A DNA stretch of 64,000 nt, from the NCBI GenBank assembly GCA_027365345.1, contig DAHXNO010000186.1:17559-81558 (forward strand), read 5' to 3'. The number at the start of each line of letters is the position of its first letter. Position 1 is the first letter of the stretch. The stretch is from Granulicella sp. (GTDB lineage: Bacteria; Acidobacteriota; Terriglobia; Terriglobales; Acidobacteriaceae). A program made the position numbers and the translations under genes. A model generated the notes under the pieces. That model did not search any database. It saw nothing but the letters and a program-made list of their open reading frames with translations, and was not told where the DNA came from. This document shows positions 29,970-39,917 of this stretch, in pieces.

Positions 29970-30746
29970 CTAACTGGTCAACGCCAGGGTGAATGCCAGT
30001 GCACTGCGCAGCCGCCGTTCCAGGTGGCGCTCCAGCGTTGCGACGGCAAAGACCAGCAGGCCCTCCGGGCAGATGGGATCTTTCGCCTCCTCGATCAGAA
30101 GATCGGCCAGCGGCGCGTGAAGGATCAACCCGGCCCCGGCCACCGAGGCTGGACTGAGAGTGCGGCTGTTGGCTGGACGATGGTCCTGGCAGGTGACGCC
30201 GTCGACGTTGGAGGACCAGTAGAGGGTCTGGCCGCGCAGATCGGTTCCGCAGACCATGCATCGCTTCAGCTCCGGCATCCAGCCCATCAGACGGTTCATC
30301 CAGAGACAGAAGTAGGTCACCGGCAGCCGCAGGGCTCCAGGATGAGCCTCCGCCTGGATGGACTTCAGCGTGGTCAAAGCCAGGCGAAAGATATTGTCCT
30401 CCGGAGCCTGCTCGGGCAGCGCCTCTTCCAGCACCTCTGTGACAAGTTGCAATCCCGCCAGGCGGGAGGGGCTTACCGCTGCATGCAGCGGGGACCAGAG
30501 GACTTCAAAGGAATCCAGACGCACCAGATCCTGATTGGGGCGCTCCAGGTAGAGGGCGCGAACCTGCGTAGCCGGCTCCAGAGCTCCGCCGAAGCGCTTG
30601 CGCGAACGTAAAGCGTGGCGAGCGACGCCCTTCACCTTGCCCTGGTCGCGGGTGAAGAGCGAAACCAACAGATCCGCCTCCTGAAAGGGCCAGGTGCGGA
30701 GGATGATGGCCTCGCCTTCATGCGGGATTTGGCGCCCTGCTGGCAT
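29970..30746 (-). CDS. recO: DNA repair protein RecO
   Basis: EADLLVSLFT.DQGKV.GVA OB-fold start, C..CG...C zinc site; recO-glyQS synteny. Confidence 0.9.
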   Translation of the reverse strand: MPAGRQIPHEGEAIILRTWPFQEADLLVSLFTRDQGKVKGVARHALRSRKRFGGALEPATQVRALYLERPNQDLVRLDSFEVLWSPLHAAVSPSRLAGLQLVTEVLEEALPEQAPEDNIFRLALTTLKSIQAEAHPGALRLPVTYFCLWMNRLMGWMPELKRCMVCGTDLRGQTLYWSSNVDGVTCQDHRPANSRTLSPASVAGAGLILHAPLADLLIEEAKDPICPEGLLVFAVATLERHLERRLRSALAFTLALTS

Positions 30747-30939
30747 TCAGACTGAGTGTAGAGGACTGGGCCGGGAGAACGAAGCCCGCACCTCAGGAGC
30801 ACCCAGGGAAGCCGTGCTAAGGCCGCCGGGGAAGGCGCTGACGCCTACCTCGGCAGCTCTCCATCTGCGATGATCTGGTGGGTTGTCAAATTGAACGGGG
30901 TGCTCCGTGGGCGATGCGCACAAAACTACTCCGTGAACG

Positions 30940-30971
30940 GCAAAGCGCGCAGCATGAGCTGCGCGCTTTGC
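30940..30971. terminator. Perfect 14-bp hairpin (GCAAAGCGCGCAGC-ATGA-GCTGCGCGCTTTGC), possible terminator or stability element
   Basis: Read directly; lies between the ferredoxin gene and recO; only a weak U-tract. Confidence 0.45.
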
Positions 30972-31124
30972 TTTGAAGCAGTACTGCTGGCATTCCTGGC
31001 GGCGTCATGCGTGGCTTTGACGCCTAGAACCTCGCGGGCAAGTGAAGATTCCGCGTGCCCATCCGCCGCGCGCTCGCCGGGGAACACGAGTCCGCAGAAA
31101 ATGGAGGTTACGGAAAATCCTGGA

Positions 31125-31385
31125 CTAGCGACCGTAATGGGCGGCGTTCTTCTCGCGGAAGCTCTCCCACTTTTCAGGAAGGTCGTCGCTGCCGAAGATC
31201 GCGGACACCGGGCAGACCGGAACGCATGCACCGCAATCAATGCACTCGGCCGGATCAATGAAGAGCTGATCGTCGGAGTCTGCTCCCTCCTCGCCAACCT
31301 TGGGGTGGATACAATCAACCGGACAAGCGTCCACACAGGCACGATCTTTGGTGCCGATACACGGTTCCGCAATCACATACGCCAT
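31125..31385 (-). CDS. 4Fe-4S dicluster (7Fe-type) ferredoxin
   Basis: MAYVIAEPCIGTKD.ACVDACPVDCI and CIDCGACVPVCP motifs; GGAG RBS before ATG 31385. Confidence 0.93.
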   Translation of the reverse strand: MAYVIAEPCIGTKDRACVDACPVDCIHPKVGEEGADSDDQLFIDPAECIDCGACVPVCPVSAIFGSDDLPEKWESFREKNAAHYGR

Positions 31386-31630
31386 CTCTATTTCTCCTTG
31401 ATGCAGTCTTGAATCCCAGGGAATGCCCTGACACACAACTTCAACGATATATTATCCAATTTAGCCAAGCCATGCAGTGACATCTGCGAATAGGCCGTAG
31501 AATGCCGGTTCGCATCCTTCCGGTTATCGTCCGGAGGAATGACATCTTCGATGCTGTCTGCCCCCGTCGCGTCTACACCCCTATGCAGCTTTACGGGCCG
31601 TTGGGCTGCCGTGCAGGCCCCCAGGTTCCT

Positions 31631-32500
31631 TTACAGCGTATTTGCTGCGCGCCGGGCGGCGAACTCTGCCGGGGTGAGGATCGGCGAGAGGTTGCGCCCG
31701 GCGAACATATCACCGAAGAGCTGCTTCATGGCCGGATGGACCAGCCCATTGGAGGCCAGGATCTCGCGACTGTCCAGCGTGAATTTGCTGCCGTCAAAAT
31801 GGGTGACCTGGCCGCCGGCCTCTTCCACTAAAAGGTAGCCGGCAGAGGTGTCCCAGGGGTTGAGCTGGAACTCCCAGTATCCTTCCAGGCGCCCGCAGGC
31901 GACGTAGGCCAGATCGAGCGCGGCCGAGCCGGCCCGGCGCACCCCATGAGAGCGCAGCGTGAACTCCTGGTAGAAGTGTACGTTCGGGCTGTTGTGCCGC
32001 TTTTTGCTGGGAAAACCGGTGGCGATGAGAGACTCCGCCAGGGAACCGACTTTGGAGACGTGAATCGGCTCTCCGTTGAGGGTGGCTCCCTGTCCGCGGG
32101 AGGCCGAGAACATCTCGTCGCGCAGAGGATCGTAGATGACTCCGGCAGCCATCTCGCCGTCTTGCTCAGCGAGCAAGCCAGGACGGCGATACTCGCAACC
32201 TATCACGACACAGAAGGAGGGAAAGCCGTGCGCGAAGTTGGTTGTGCCATCCAGCGGATCCACGTACCAGCGGTAGGCGCACTCCAGACCCTCGCGGGTT
32301 CCCTCTTCCCCGTAGATGCCATGGCTGGGAAAGGCTGCGCGCAGCCGATCGCGGATGAGAGCTTCACTGGCGCGGTCGGCCTCGGTCACCAGATCGACCT
32401 CGCCCTTGTACTCGGTGCGGACGCCGCGGTGGTAGAAGACGCGCAACAGGGCTCCAGCCTCGCGGGCGATGGATTGGGCCGTAGGAAGAAGCTCGATCAT
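31631..32500 (-). CDS. suhB: Inositol monophosphatase family (SuhB)
   Basis: DLVTEAD, WYVDPLDGTTNF, RRAGSAALDL and PWDTSAG motifs. Confidence 0.88.
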   Translation of the reverse strand: MIELLPTAQSIAREAGALLRVFYHRGVRTEYKGEVDLVTEADRASEALIRDRLRAAFPSHGIYGEEGTREGLECAYRWYVDPLDGTTNFAHGFPSFCVVIGCEYRRPGLLAEQDGEMAAGVIYDPLRDEMFSASRGQGATLNGEPIHVSKVGSLAESLIATGFPSKKRHNSPNVHFYQEFTLRSHGVRRAGSAALDLAYVACGRLEGYWEFQLNPWDTSAGYLLVEEAGGQVTHFDGSKFTLDSREILASNGLVHPAMKQLFGDMFAGRNLSPILTPAEFAARRAANTL

Positions 32501-32931
32501 GTGGAAAGGCCTGAATCCTTTTCTGCCAAGGATGCGCCTGGGCTGGTGCTGCGGCGGCCGGAACGGATGCTCACGTTGCTGGCGCGGGGTCCCCCGCCTT
32601 CTGTAATGGTCCGGATCTGAGTCTTGTAGATGAACAGGTTCGGTTTTCCCTGCCGGGTGAGCCGAATCATCTTGTCGTCGAAGTACTCAATCCATCCGCT
32701 CACCACCTCGCCGTCGCGCAGCTTGACGGCTACAGGAACCTGACGGTCGCTGAGGGATTTGAGGTAGAGAGCCTCCTGTCCGGTCTCCCCGGCAGGCGGT
32801 CCTTTGTGACGTTTCGTCGCCATGCTGTCTTTGATTGTACGGTGAGGGCCGAGGGATGTCTCACCCTGCCGGACGGCGCCGGCATCCAGCGCAGCCGAAG
32901 GCCCCGGAACGAACCGTTGGAAAAGCTCCAT
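32497..32931 (-). CDS. Divergent Hfq/Sm-like RNA chaperone
   Basis: QEALYLKSL...VPVAVKLRDG..VSGWIEYFD...LFIYKTQIRTI resembles the Hfq Sm1/Sm2 motifs; start uncertain (32931 or 32823); ATGA overlap with suhB. Confidence 0.7.
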   Translation of the reverse strand: MELFQRFVPGPSAALDAGAVRQGETSLGPHRTIKDSMATKRHKGPPAGETGQEALYLKSLSDRQVPVAVKLRDGEVVSGWIEYFDDKMIRLTRQGKPNLFIYKTQIRTITEGGGPRASNVSIRSGRRSTSPGASLAEKDSGLST

Positions 32932-33024
32932 AAACTGCGAACTGACCGAGCCAGGCTCGGTCCGAGGCAATCCTCGAAGCGGGCAGAACACGCCGCGGGC
33001 TGGCCAAGTGCGTCGCGGTAAACG

Positions 33025-33759
33025 TCAAGGCGCATTTCCGGCCAAGTCGTCCGGAAACGGCTCGCCGTCGGCCCAGGCAGCTCCATCGGCAAACTGTTCG
33101 CGCTTCCAGATGGGCACGGTCTTCTTCAGCGTATCGATGATCCATCGGCAGGCATCGAACGCGGCGGCGCGGTGAGCGGAGGCAACCGCAATGAAGACGC
33201 TGGTCTCCCCGACCTGAATCCGGCCCAGCCGATGCACGATCGCGGCTTCGCGAACACCGAAGTCCTGAATGGCCTTTGCGCGCAGCAGATGAAGCTGCCG
33301 CAGGGCCATCTCTTCATAGGCCTCGTAGTCCAGGTACAGCGTACGGCGGCCGCGTGAGTTGTCGCGAACAATGCCGTCGAAGACGCACAGTGCGCCATCC
33401 GCACCGGCTTTTATGGCTCCCACGATGGCCGCGCCGTCGATCGGCGCGCGCACCAGGGAGACCTCGGATGGACTTCCGGAGGCTCCTGATGTTTTGTCGC
33501 AGCCTCCGCTCACTGGCGGAAGAATCGCAACCTCATCGCCGTCCTTCAGTTGGAGCGAGCTCCGGCTGTACTGCTGGTTGACGGCAATGGCTGCGCAACG
33601 CAGTACGGCCTGGTCGATCAGACCCTCGCCGCACAACGCCGCAAGCAGGTCCGCGACCGAGGCTCCGGGGGCAACTTCCCGCCACACTCCGCCACGGGGA
33701 ACCATGGATCCCAGGGGGCCAAAGGCTAGCAGACGAACGCGGATGGAAGGTGAACTCAT
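33025..33759 (-). CDS. MoaD-MoaE fusion (molybdopterin synthase)
   Basis: MoaD part: VRLLAFG...IAVNQQY...GDEVAILPPVSGG. MoaE part: FDGIVRD, YEAYEEMA, HRLG and LKKTVPIWKRE. Start at ATG 33759. Confidence 0.88.
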   Translation of the reverse strand: MSSPSIRVRLLAFGPLGSMVPRGGVWREVAPGASVADLLAALCGEGLIDQAVLRCAAIAVNQQYSRSSLQLKDGDEVAILPPVSGGCDKTSGASGSPSEVSLVRAPIDGAAIVGAIKAGADGALCVFDGIVRDNSRGRRTLYLDYEAYEEMALRQLHLLRAKAIQDFGVREAAIVHRLGRIQVGETSVFIAVASAHRAAAFDACRWIIDTLKKTVPIWKREQFADGAAWADGEPFPDDLAGNAP

Positions 33760-33898
33760 CTTTTCTAAAGATACTGCCCTTAAGATACTGCGCGTGAACG
33801 CGCTGCCGATTGCCGAGCTTCGAGAGTGAGAGCGGGATCCGGCTCCGCGCTGGGGTGGTCCGGAGGAACAGGCCCTTGTCCCTCTGCCGGCAATCTTG

Positions 33899-33958
33899 CT
33901 GGACTGGATGTTCCCTGACCTGAACTTCGTTGACCTGCACTCCCTGGACCGGATCTGC
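33899..33958. repeat. Degenerate 15-bp tandem repeat x4
   Basis: CTGGACTGGATGTTC / CCTGACCTGAACTTC / GTTGACCTGCACTCC / CTGGACCGGATCTGC in the moaDE-mscL divergent gap. Confidence 0.6.
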
Positions 33959-34045
33959 TCGCCAATCGTCGGGCGAAACACCGGGGGATGAGGTTATACT
34001 CAGGCAGCAATCCAACGCTTACAGTTTTGACGGACCGGAGGGAAG

Positions 34046-34450
34046 ATGCTCAAGGGATTTCGCGATTTTGTGTTGCGCGGCAATGTGATGGATCTGGCCG
34101 TCGCCGTCATCATCGGCGCGGCCTTCACCGCAATTGTGACCGCACTGACCACCAACATCATCAATCCTCTGCTGGGCGCAGTCGTGGGTAAGCCGAACTT
34201 CGATTATCTGGTGCTGCATTTGCACGGTGGCGCGATCAAGTACGGGACCTTCATCACCGCGCTGATCAACTTTATTCTGATCGCCGCCGTGGTCTACTTC
34301 TTTTTGGTGGCTCCAACCCAATACCTGCTCAAGAAGTTCAACCCTCCAGCGCCTCCCGCCCCGCCGGTTGCGAAGAAGACCTGCCCGCAGTGCCTGAGCG
34401 AAGTTCCAGCGGCCGCCACGCGCTGCAGGTACTGCACGCAGCCGTTGTAG
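34046..34450 (+). CDS. mscL: Large-conductance mechanosensitive channel with a C-terminal CxxC...CxxC
   Basis: GFRDFVLRGNVMDLAVAVIIGAAF..IV and YG.FI.A.INF motifs. Confidence 0.95.
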   Translation: MLKGFRDFVLRGNVMDLAVAVIIGAAFTAIVTALTTNIINPLLGAVVGKPNFDYLVLHLHGGAIKYGTFITALINFILIAAVVYFFLVAPTQYLLKKFNPPAPPAPPVAKKTCPQCLSEVPAAATRCRYCTQPL

Positions 34451-34508
34451 GAAGAGCTAGGCTCAGGATTCGGGTACACTCCTCGCAGCCCCTTTGGAGG
34501 ACGCCCTG

Positions 34509-36749
34509 ATGCGCCGATTCGCAGTCTGGTTCCCTGCCCCATCCCTCTCCTGGCTCTTCGTCCGGTTTCCGATTCACTTTGCTTTCGCGATTCTTTTGCC
34601 TCTGGCTGCCTGCGTCGCAGGAGACGCCGGAGCGCAGACCCCCGCGGGCCAGATCTTTGGCTTCCGGGACTTTGCGGCGCAGGCTCGGTGGGACCAGAGC
34701 TTCATGGCCGTCCCCAGCACCAGCGTGGCCCGCCAGGAGTTGAAGACCCTGACCATTGCGCCCCACTGGGCCAGTTCCCCGGAGGATCACACCACGGCGC
34801 TTTACGTGGCCCAGAAGTTTCGCGAGGACGGCCTACAGGTCACCATCCAGCCCTTCCGCGTGCTGCTCAACAAGCCGGTGAGCATCCACATTGAGGCCTT
34901 CGACGCCAGCGGAAAACAGATCATGTCTGGACCGACGCCGGAGCATGTGGACCCCACCGCCGCCGGCGGCGACCCCTATCAGAACGATCCGCGCATTTTG
35001 CCCGCGTTCCACAGTTCCTCGCCCAGCGGCGACGTGACCGCAGACGTGGTGTACGCCAACTATGGAACCCTGGCGGACTTCAAGAGACTCGCCGCAATGG
35101 GGATCAGCGTGAAGGGCAAGATCGTGATTGCGCGCTACGGAGAGAACTTTCGCGGCATAAAGGTCTATATTGCGCAGCAGTACGGAGCGGCGGGGGTTCT
35201 GATCTACTCTGACCCGGCGGACGATGGCTATAAAAAGGGCGCGGTGTACCCACAGGGTCCGTGGCGGCCGGCCACCGGCGTGCAGCGCGGCAGCGTGCAG
35301 TTCCTCCCGCTGTATTCTGGCGACCCAGAGACGCCGGGCATCGCCTCCACGCTCAACCTCCCCGACTCAGAGCGCATCACCGATCCCAAGAAGATGAACC
35401 AGCCATTGATCCCTTCCAATCCGCTCTCGTACCAGGACGCGGCGCCTATCCTGAAGGCGCTGGATGGGCCGGTGGCTCCGCACTCCTGGCAGGGTGGTCT
35501 GCCGTTCCCCTATCACCTGGGAGGCTCTGGCGCGGTGAAGGTACACATGCGTCTGGTGCAGGACTACAAGCTGCGCACCATCTGGGACGTGATTGGAACC
35601 ATTGACGGCACGGACCCGGTGCAACGAGACAACTGGGTGATCGCGGGCAACCACCGTGACGCCTGGGTGTACGGGGCCGTGGATCCCAACAGCGGGACGG
35701 TGGCGATGCTGGGAGCCGCCCAGGGGTTGGGCGTCCTGCTGAAACAGGGATGGCGTCCCCGCCGGCGGATTGTGCTCTGCTCCTGGGACGCGGAAGAGGA
35801 GGGCCTGATGGGCTCAACGGAGTGGGCCGAGATGCACGCCGAGGAGCTCTCCCACGCCGTGGCTTACTTCAACACCGATGTAGGCGTGGCCGGTCCAAAC
35901 TTCGACGCCTCCGCCGTGCCATCGCTCAAAAAATTTGTGCGCCAATTGACTCGCGAGGTAGCGAGCCCGAAGGGAGGAACGGTCTATGCGCAGTGGCTGG
36001 CTGGTCAGCAGGCTCATCCAGCCACGCACAACCGCCAGGATAGCGCCCACGACCAGGCAGGAGCTGGCGAGGCCGGCAGAGCGGCGAGGGTGAGAATCGG
36101 CGACCTGGGCTCGGGCTCAGACTTTACGCCTTTTCTGCAACATCTGGGCGTGCCTTCCACCGACATTGGATCCGACGGGCCCTACGGCGTCTATCATTCC
36201 ACCTTTGACGACTTTACCTGGTTCACGCGCTTCGCCGACCCCACCTTTGCCTACGAACAGGAGATGGCGCGCGTCTTTGGTCTGGAGATACTGCATATGG
36301 CCGATGCCGACGTGCTGCCGTACGACTACCGCGCCTATGGCCGTGAGGTGGAGCAGTACGTGTCTCAGGCGCAGCAACGCGCCCAGGCAGCCGGAATGCA
36401 CGTAGACTTTACCGCCGCCACGGCTGCAGCCGCGCGCTTTGAGGCGGCGGGAGCGAAGATGTACCAGGAGCAGCAGAATTTCCCCGCAGGCGCTGGTGAA
36501 GAACATCTGAACGCGACCCTGCGTCAGGTGGAGGAGGCTCTGCTCAACCCGGCCGGACTTCCCCACAGGCCGTGGTTCAAGCACACCATCTACGCTCCGG
36601 GTGAGTACACCGGCTATGCGGCAGTGGTGATTCCAGGAGTGAACGAGGGCATCGACGCCGACGACAGCACGCGCACGCAAGCGCAACTGGATGCCCTATC
36701 CGCCGCTCTGAACCACGCGGCAGAGGTACTGGAGAGCCAAGCGCCCTAG
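34509..36749 (+). CDS. Secreted M28 peptidase (glutamate carboxypeptidase II/TfR-like, PA domain)
   Basis: Signal peptide; GNHRDAW, DPNSG, WDAEEEG, NTD and YHSTFD metal ligands; TfR-like dimerisation C-terminus. Confidence 0.88.
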   Translation: MRRFAVWFPAPSLSWLFVRFPIHFAFAILLPLAACVAGDAGAQTPAGQIFGFRDFAAQARWDQSFMAVPSTSVARQELKTLTIAPHWASSPEDHTTALYVAQKFREDGLQVTIQPFRVLLNKPVSIHIEAFDASGKQIMSGPTPEHVDPTAAGGDPYQNDPRILPAFHSSSPSGDVTADVVYANYGTLADFKRLAAMGISVKGKIVIARYGENFRGIKVYIAQQYGAAGVLIYSDPADDGYKKGAVYPQGPWRPATGVQRGSVQFLPLYSGDPETPGIASTLNLPDSERITDPKKMNQPLIPSNPLSYQDAAPILKALDGPVAPHSWQGGLPFPYHLGGSGAVKVHMRLVQDYKLRTIWDVIGTIDGTDPVQRDNWVIAGNHRDAWVYGAVDPNSGTVAMLGAAQGLGVLLKQGWRPRRRIVLCSWDAEEEGLMGSTEWAEMHAEELSHAVAYFNTDVGVAGPNFDASAVPSLKKFVRQLTREVASPKGGTVYAQWLAGQQAHPATHNRQDSAHDQAGAGEAGRAARVRIGDLGSGSDFTPFLQHLGVPSTDIGSDGPYGVYHSTFDDFTWFTRFADPTFAYEQEMARVFGLEILHMADADVLPYDYRAYGREVEQYVSQAQQRAQAAGMHVDFTAATAAAARFEAAGAKMYQEQQNFPAGAGEEHLNATLRQVEEALLNPAGLPHRPWFKHTIYAPGEYTGYAAVVIPGVNEGIDADDSTRTQAQLDALSAALNHAAEVLESQAP

Positions 36750-36947
36750 AGCATGTTTGCTGTTGGCGGGCGCCTCGGAGGAAGCGTGCGGCGGCGTTTT
36801 CCTGGCGGCAAAACGCCCATCCCGGTGGAAGGCCCCACGTTCCACCCGCGGGACAAGTGGCGCTGCGGGGAGGGGCGCGCTACGGCTGACCCGCGCGTCT
36901 CTCTCCGTTGTCAGCATGCTCTGGGCGCGCTTGGTACAGTAGTCAGT

Positions 36948-38192
36948 GTGAGCCAGGAAAACTTCTTGTCCCTCTCTTCGCCGCTCCCCCTCGGATTTCG
37001 CTGGTCCGCGGTGCGCGCCGGCATCAAGGCCAGCGGCAAGCTGGACCTGGCGGTGGCAGCCTGCGACAGCCCAGCGGAGGCCGCTGTGATGTACACCAGC
37101 AATCAGGTGGTCGCGGTGCCTATCCTCGTGGGGCGCCGTCATCTGGCGTCCACCGGCGGCAAGGTATCCGGAGTGCTGGTCAACGCGGGCAACGCCAACT
37201 GCGCTACGGGCGATGCGGGCATCGAGGCATGCCACCGTAGCTGTGTGGTCCTCGCGGACGCGCTGGGCTGCGTCTTCGACGAGATTCTTCCCTCCTCTAC
37301 CGGAATCATTGGGGTTCCGCTGCCGGTGGAGAAACTGATTGCAGCTATTCCCGAAGCTACCGCAACGCTGGGACGCGAGGCGGCGCACGCCGAGGCCTTT
37401 GCTACTGCGATTCTGACCACAGACACCAAACTGAAGGTAGCCCAGGAGAGCTTTACTCTGGACGGCAGGACGGTCAATCTATTCGGATGCGCCAAGGGTG
37501 CGGGGATGATCGGTCCGCAGCTTGTGCTGGCTACTGCGGCGGCTCCTCACGCCACCATGCTGGTCTACCTGTTCACGGACCTGGCCGCATCCAGCCAACA
37601 ACTCTCCGCAATGCTCTCCCGGGCGGTAGCCTCAAGCTTCGATTGCATCTCCATCGACGGCGATATGAGCACCAACGACACGGTGCTTTTGCTTGCCAGT
37701 GGCGGCAGTGGAGTGCCTGCCGAGGACGGCGCCGCCGCAGCCTTTGAGAACGCCTTGCAGCATGTCTGTAACGCCCTGGCCTACCAGATTGTGGACGATG
37801 GAGAAGGCGTCTCCCACGTGGTGACCCTGGAGATCTCCGGCGCCGGGAGCGACGCCGACGCCCAGGCCATCGCGCGGACCATCGCCTCGTCTCCGCTGTG
37901 CAAGACCGCGTGGTCCAGCGCCGATCCCAACTGGGGCCGCTTGCTGGCAGCGGCGGGACGCGCCGGCGTTGCGTTTGATCCCGGCGAGGTGCTGATCTTC
38001 ATCGACGGCCTGCCGGTATTTGAGTTTGGTATGCGCTCAGCAGCGTTTGATGAAGCCGCCACGCATGCGGCCATGAGCCGACGCCGATACACCATCGCCA
38101 TCCAGGTTGGAAGGGGACCGGGCAAAGCCCGCTTTGTGACCTGCGACCTGACCCATGAGTACGTCAGCATCAACGCCGATTACTCGACCTAG
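36948..38192 (+). CDS. argJ: Bifunctional glutamate N-acetyltransferase / amino-acid acetyltransferase ArgJ
   Basis: NAGNANCATG, STGIIG, KGAGMI.P...ATML (autoproteolytic Thr), STNDTV and DPNWGR motifs; GTG start estimated. Confidence 0.93.
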   Translation: MSQENFLSLSSPLPLGFRWSAVRAGIKASGKLDLAVAACDSPAEAAVMYTSNQVVAVPILVGRRHLASTGGKVSGVLVNAGNANCATGDAGIEACHRSCVVLADALGCVFDEILPSSTGIIGVPLPVEKLIAAIPEATATLGREAAHAEAFATAILTTDTKLKVAQESFTLDGRTVNLFGCAKGAGMIGPQLVLATAAAPHATMLVYLFTDLAASSQQLSAMLSRAVASSFDCISIDGDMSTNDTVLLLASGGSGVPAEDGAAAAFENALQHVCNALAYQIVDDGEGVSHVVTLEISGAGSDADAQAIARTIASSPLCKTAWSSADPNWGRLLAAAGRAGVAFDPGEVLIFIDGLPVFEFGMRSAAFDEAATHAAMSRRRYTIAIQVGRGPGKARFVTCDLTHEYVSINADYST

Positions 38193-38980
38193 CAAGGACG
38201 TTGCTTGCTTTGAGGCCTTAGCCCAGGCCCTTGGTTGCTGCCGCGTGCGGCGGTTGTTGAGCGTCTGGGGGCACTATCCTCGGGGTAGCCGGCGTAAGGC
38301 CAGATCTTCATCCGAGCGAAGACAGCGAGGCGCGGCGAAGGGGCTGGCGCACACAGGCTCCAGCCGCGGCTTTTTCCAGCGTGGGGCCGATGCTGGACCG
38401 GCCCTGGATGGTGAAGGATGCTGCAGATCACGCCGGCCATCGAGCTGCCTTACGGTAAGCAGATCCTGCCGGCCGCCGTGGGCCGGCTGGCACAGGACGC
38501 CGCTGCGCGGTTGCCGCGCCCTGCCGATGCTGCTGATCGCCCCTATCCGAGCGGCGGACAGGTTCGAGGAGTTGCGGCGGCGTCACGCAGAATCCCCTCT
38601 GGAAGACGCTGCTGAACGACAGAGTGGCCCGCGTGATGGCCTGATCGAGCGCTATTCGCCTACTCGCAAGCTCAACTGGAGCGCGTCCGCTGCCGCATTG
38701 GGGATAGAATTGAGTTGGAATCGGCGCCTGGAAGGGAGATTCCAGTTTGGTGGATGTAGATCCATTCGCGAGGACGATGATTGGGCCGCGAGAACCTGGA
38801 GGCTCCGCCTCACGAGCCAGGCGCCGAAGAAGGCCGGCGCAGCCCACTCGAGTTCAGTGGTGGCGGCAAAGGCTATAAAGCTACCTCCCTCCCGGCGCAT
38901 CCCGCGGCGGGGTTTGGGTTTGCGTTTCTTTCGCTGCGCAGCCCATCCCGTCATCAGCGGAAGAAAGGAATCTGGATCAA

Positions 38981-39673
38981 ATGTCAGAACAAATTGGAAG
39001 CACTCCTACAGAATCCGCTCACGTTTCAACCGGGGCTGGACCCTCTCCAGCTTTGCCACGGCTTGGCTCTCCGGCTCCTTCCTTTGAGGCCGTCACGACG
39101 TTTGGAAAGATACGGCTGGAAGATTTCCGAGGCGGATGGCTTGTTCTTTTCTCTCACCCGGCCGATTTCACTCCGGTCTGCACCACGGAGTTCCTTGCCT
39201 TCGCCGCGATTGCGCCTGAGCTGCGCAAGCGCAATGTTGAACTACTTGGCCTGAGCATTGACAGTCCAACCTCTCACATTGCGTGGGTGCGCAACATCAA
39301 GGACAAGTTCGGCATCGACATCCCGTTCCCCATCATTGCCGATTCCAATAAAGAAGTCGCCATGCTCTACGGCATGTTGATGCCGGGCGAGAGCAAGACC
39401 GAAACCAGCCGCTGCGTTTTTGTGATCGATCCGGCGGGGATCATACGCGCGATGATCTACTACCCGCTAACCACCGGCCGCAACACAGATGAGATCATTC
39501 GCGTGATCGATGCCCTGCAGACCACCGACAAATACGGAGTGGCCACGCCGGCAAACTGGAAGCTGGGGGACAAGGTGATTGTGCCTCCTCCCAGCACCGT
39601 CGAAGAGGCGGAGGCGCGCATGAAGGCTGGCTTCGAATGTGCAGACTGGTACTTCTGCAAAAAGACCGTGTGA
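38981..39673 (+). CDS. Peroxiredoxin, Prx6 group with two C-terminal Cys
   Basis: [15 protein letters not shown] active site, TPANWK and C-terminal CADWYFCKK. Confidence 0.93.
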   Translation: MSEQIGSTPTESAHVSTGAGPSPALPRLGSPAPSFEAVTTFGKIRLEDFRGGWLVLFSHPADFTPVCTTEFLAFAAIAPELRKRNVELLGLSIDSPTSHIAWVRNIKDKFGIDIPFPIIADSNKEVAMLYGMLMPGESKTETSRCVFVIDPAGIIRAMIYYPLTTGRNTDEIIRVIDALQTTDKYGVATPANWKLGDKVIVPPPSTVEEAEARMKAGFECADWYFCKKTV

Positions 39674-39686
39674 AGGAGACCAGGTA

Positions 39687-39917
39687 ATGGCTTGCATCAA
39701 TGCGCAGGGTGAGTTGACGGAGTCGGCGGGAAAGATCCTGGCGGCGCTGGATCAACCCGCCACAACGGAGGCCGTTGCGGAGCGCACGAATTTGCCACTG
39801 TTTCGCGTCCGCAGCGGCCTGCGTGAGATGAGGGAGGCCGGCCTTGTAGAGGCGAAGGAAGACCTCTATTTGTTGACCGAACGCGGCCATTCCTTGTTGC
39901 CCATGCAACCATCGTGA
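39687..39917 (+). CDS. Small winged-helix protein starting MAC-
   Basis: AAGGAG RBS straddling the prx stop; KILAAL...EAVAERTNLPLFRVRSGLREMREAGLV...YLLTERG matches a wHTH pattern. Confidence 0.75.
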   Translation: MACINAQGELTESAGKILAALDQPATTEAVAERTNLPLFRVRSGLREMREAGLVEAKEDLYLLTERGHSLLPMQPS

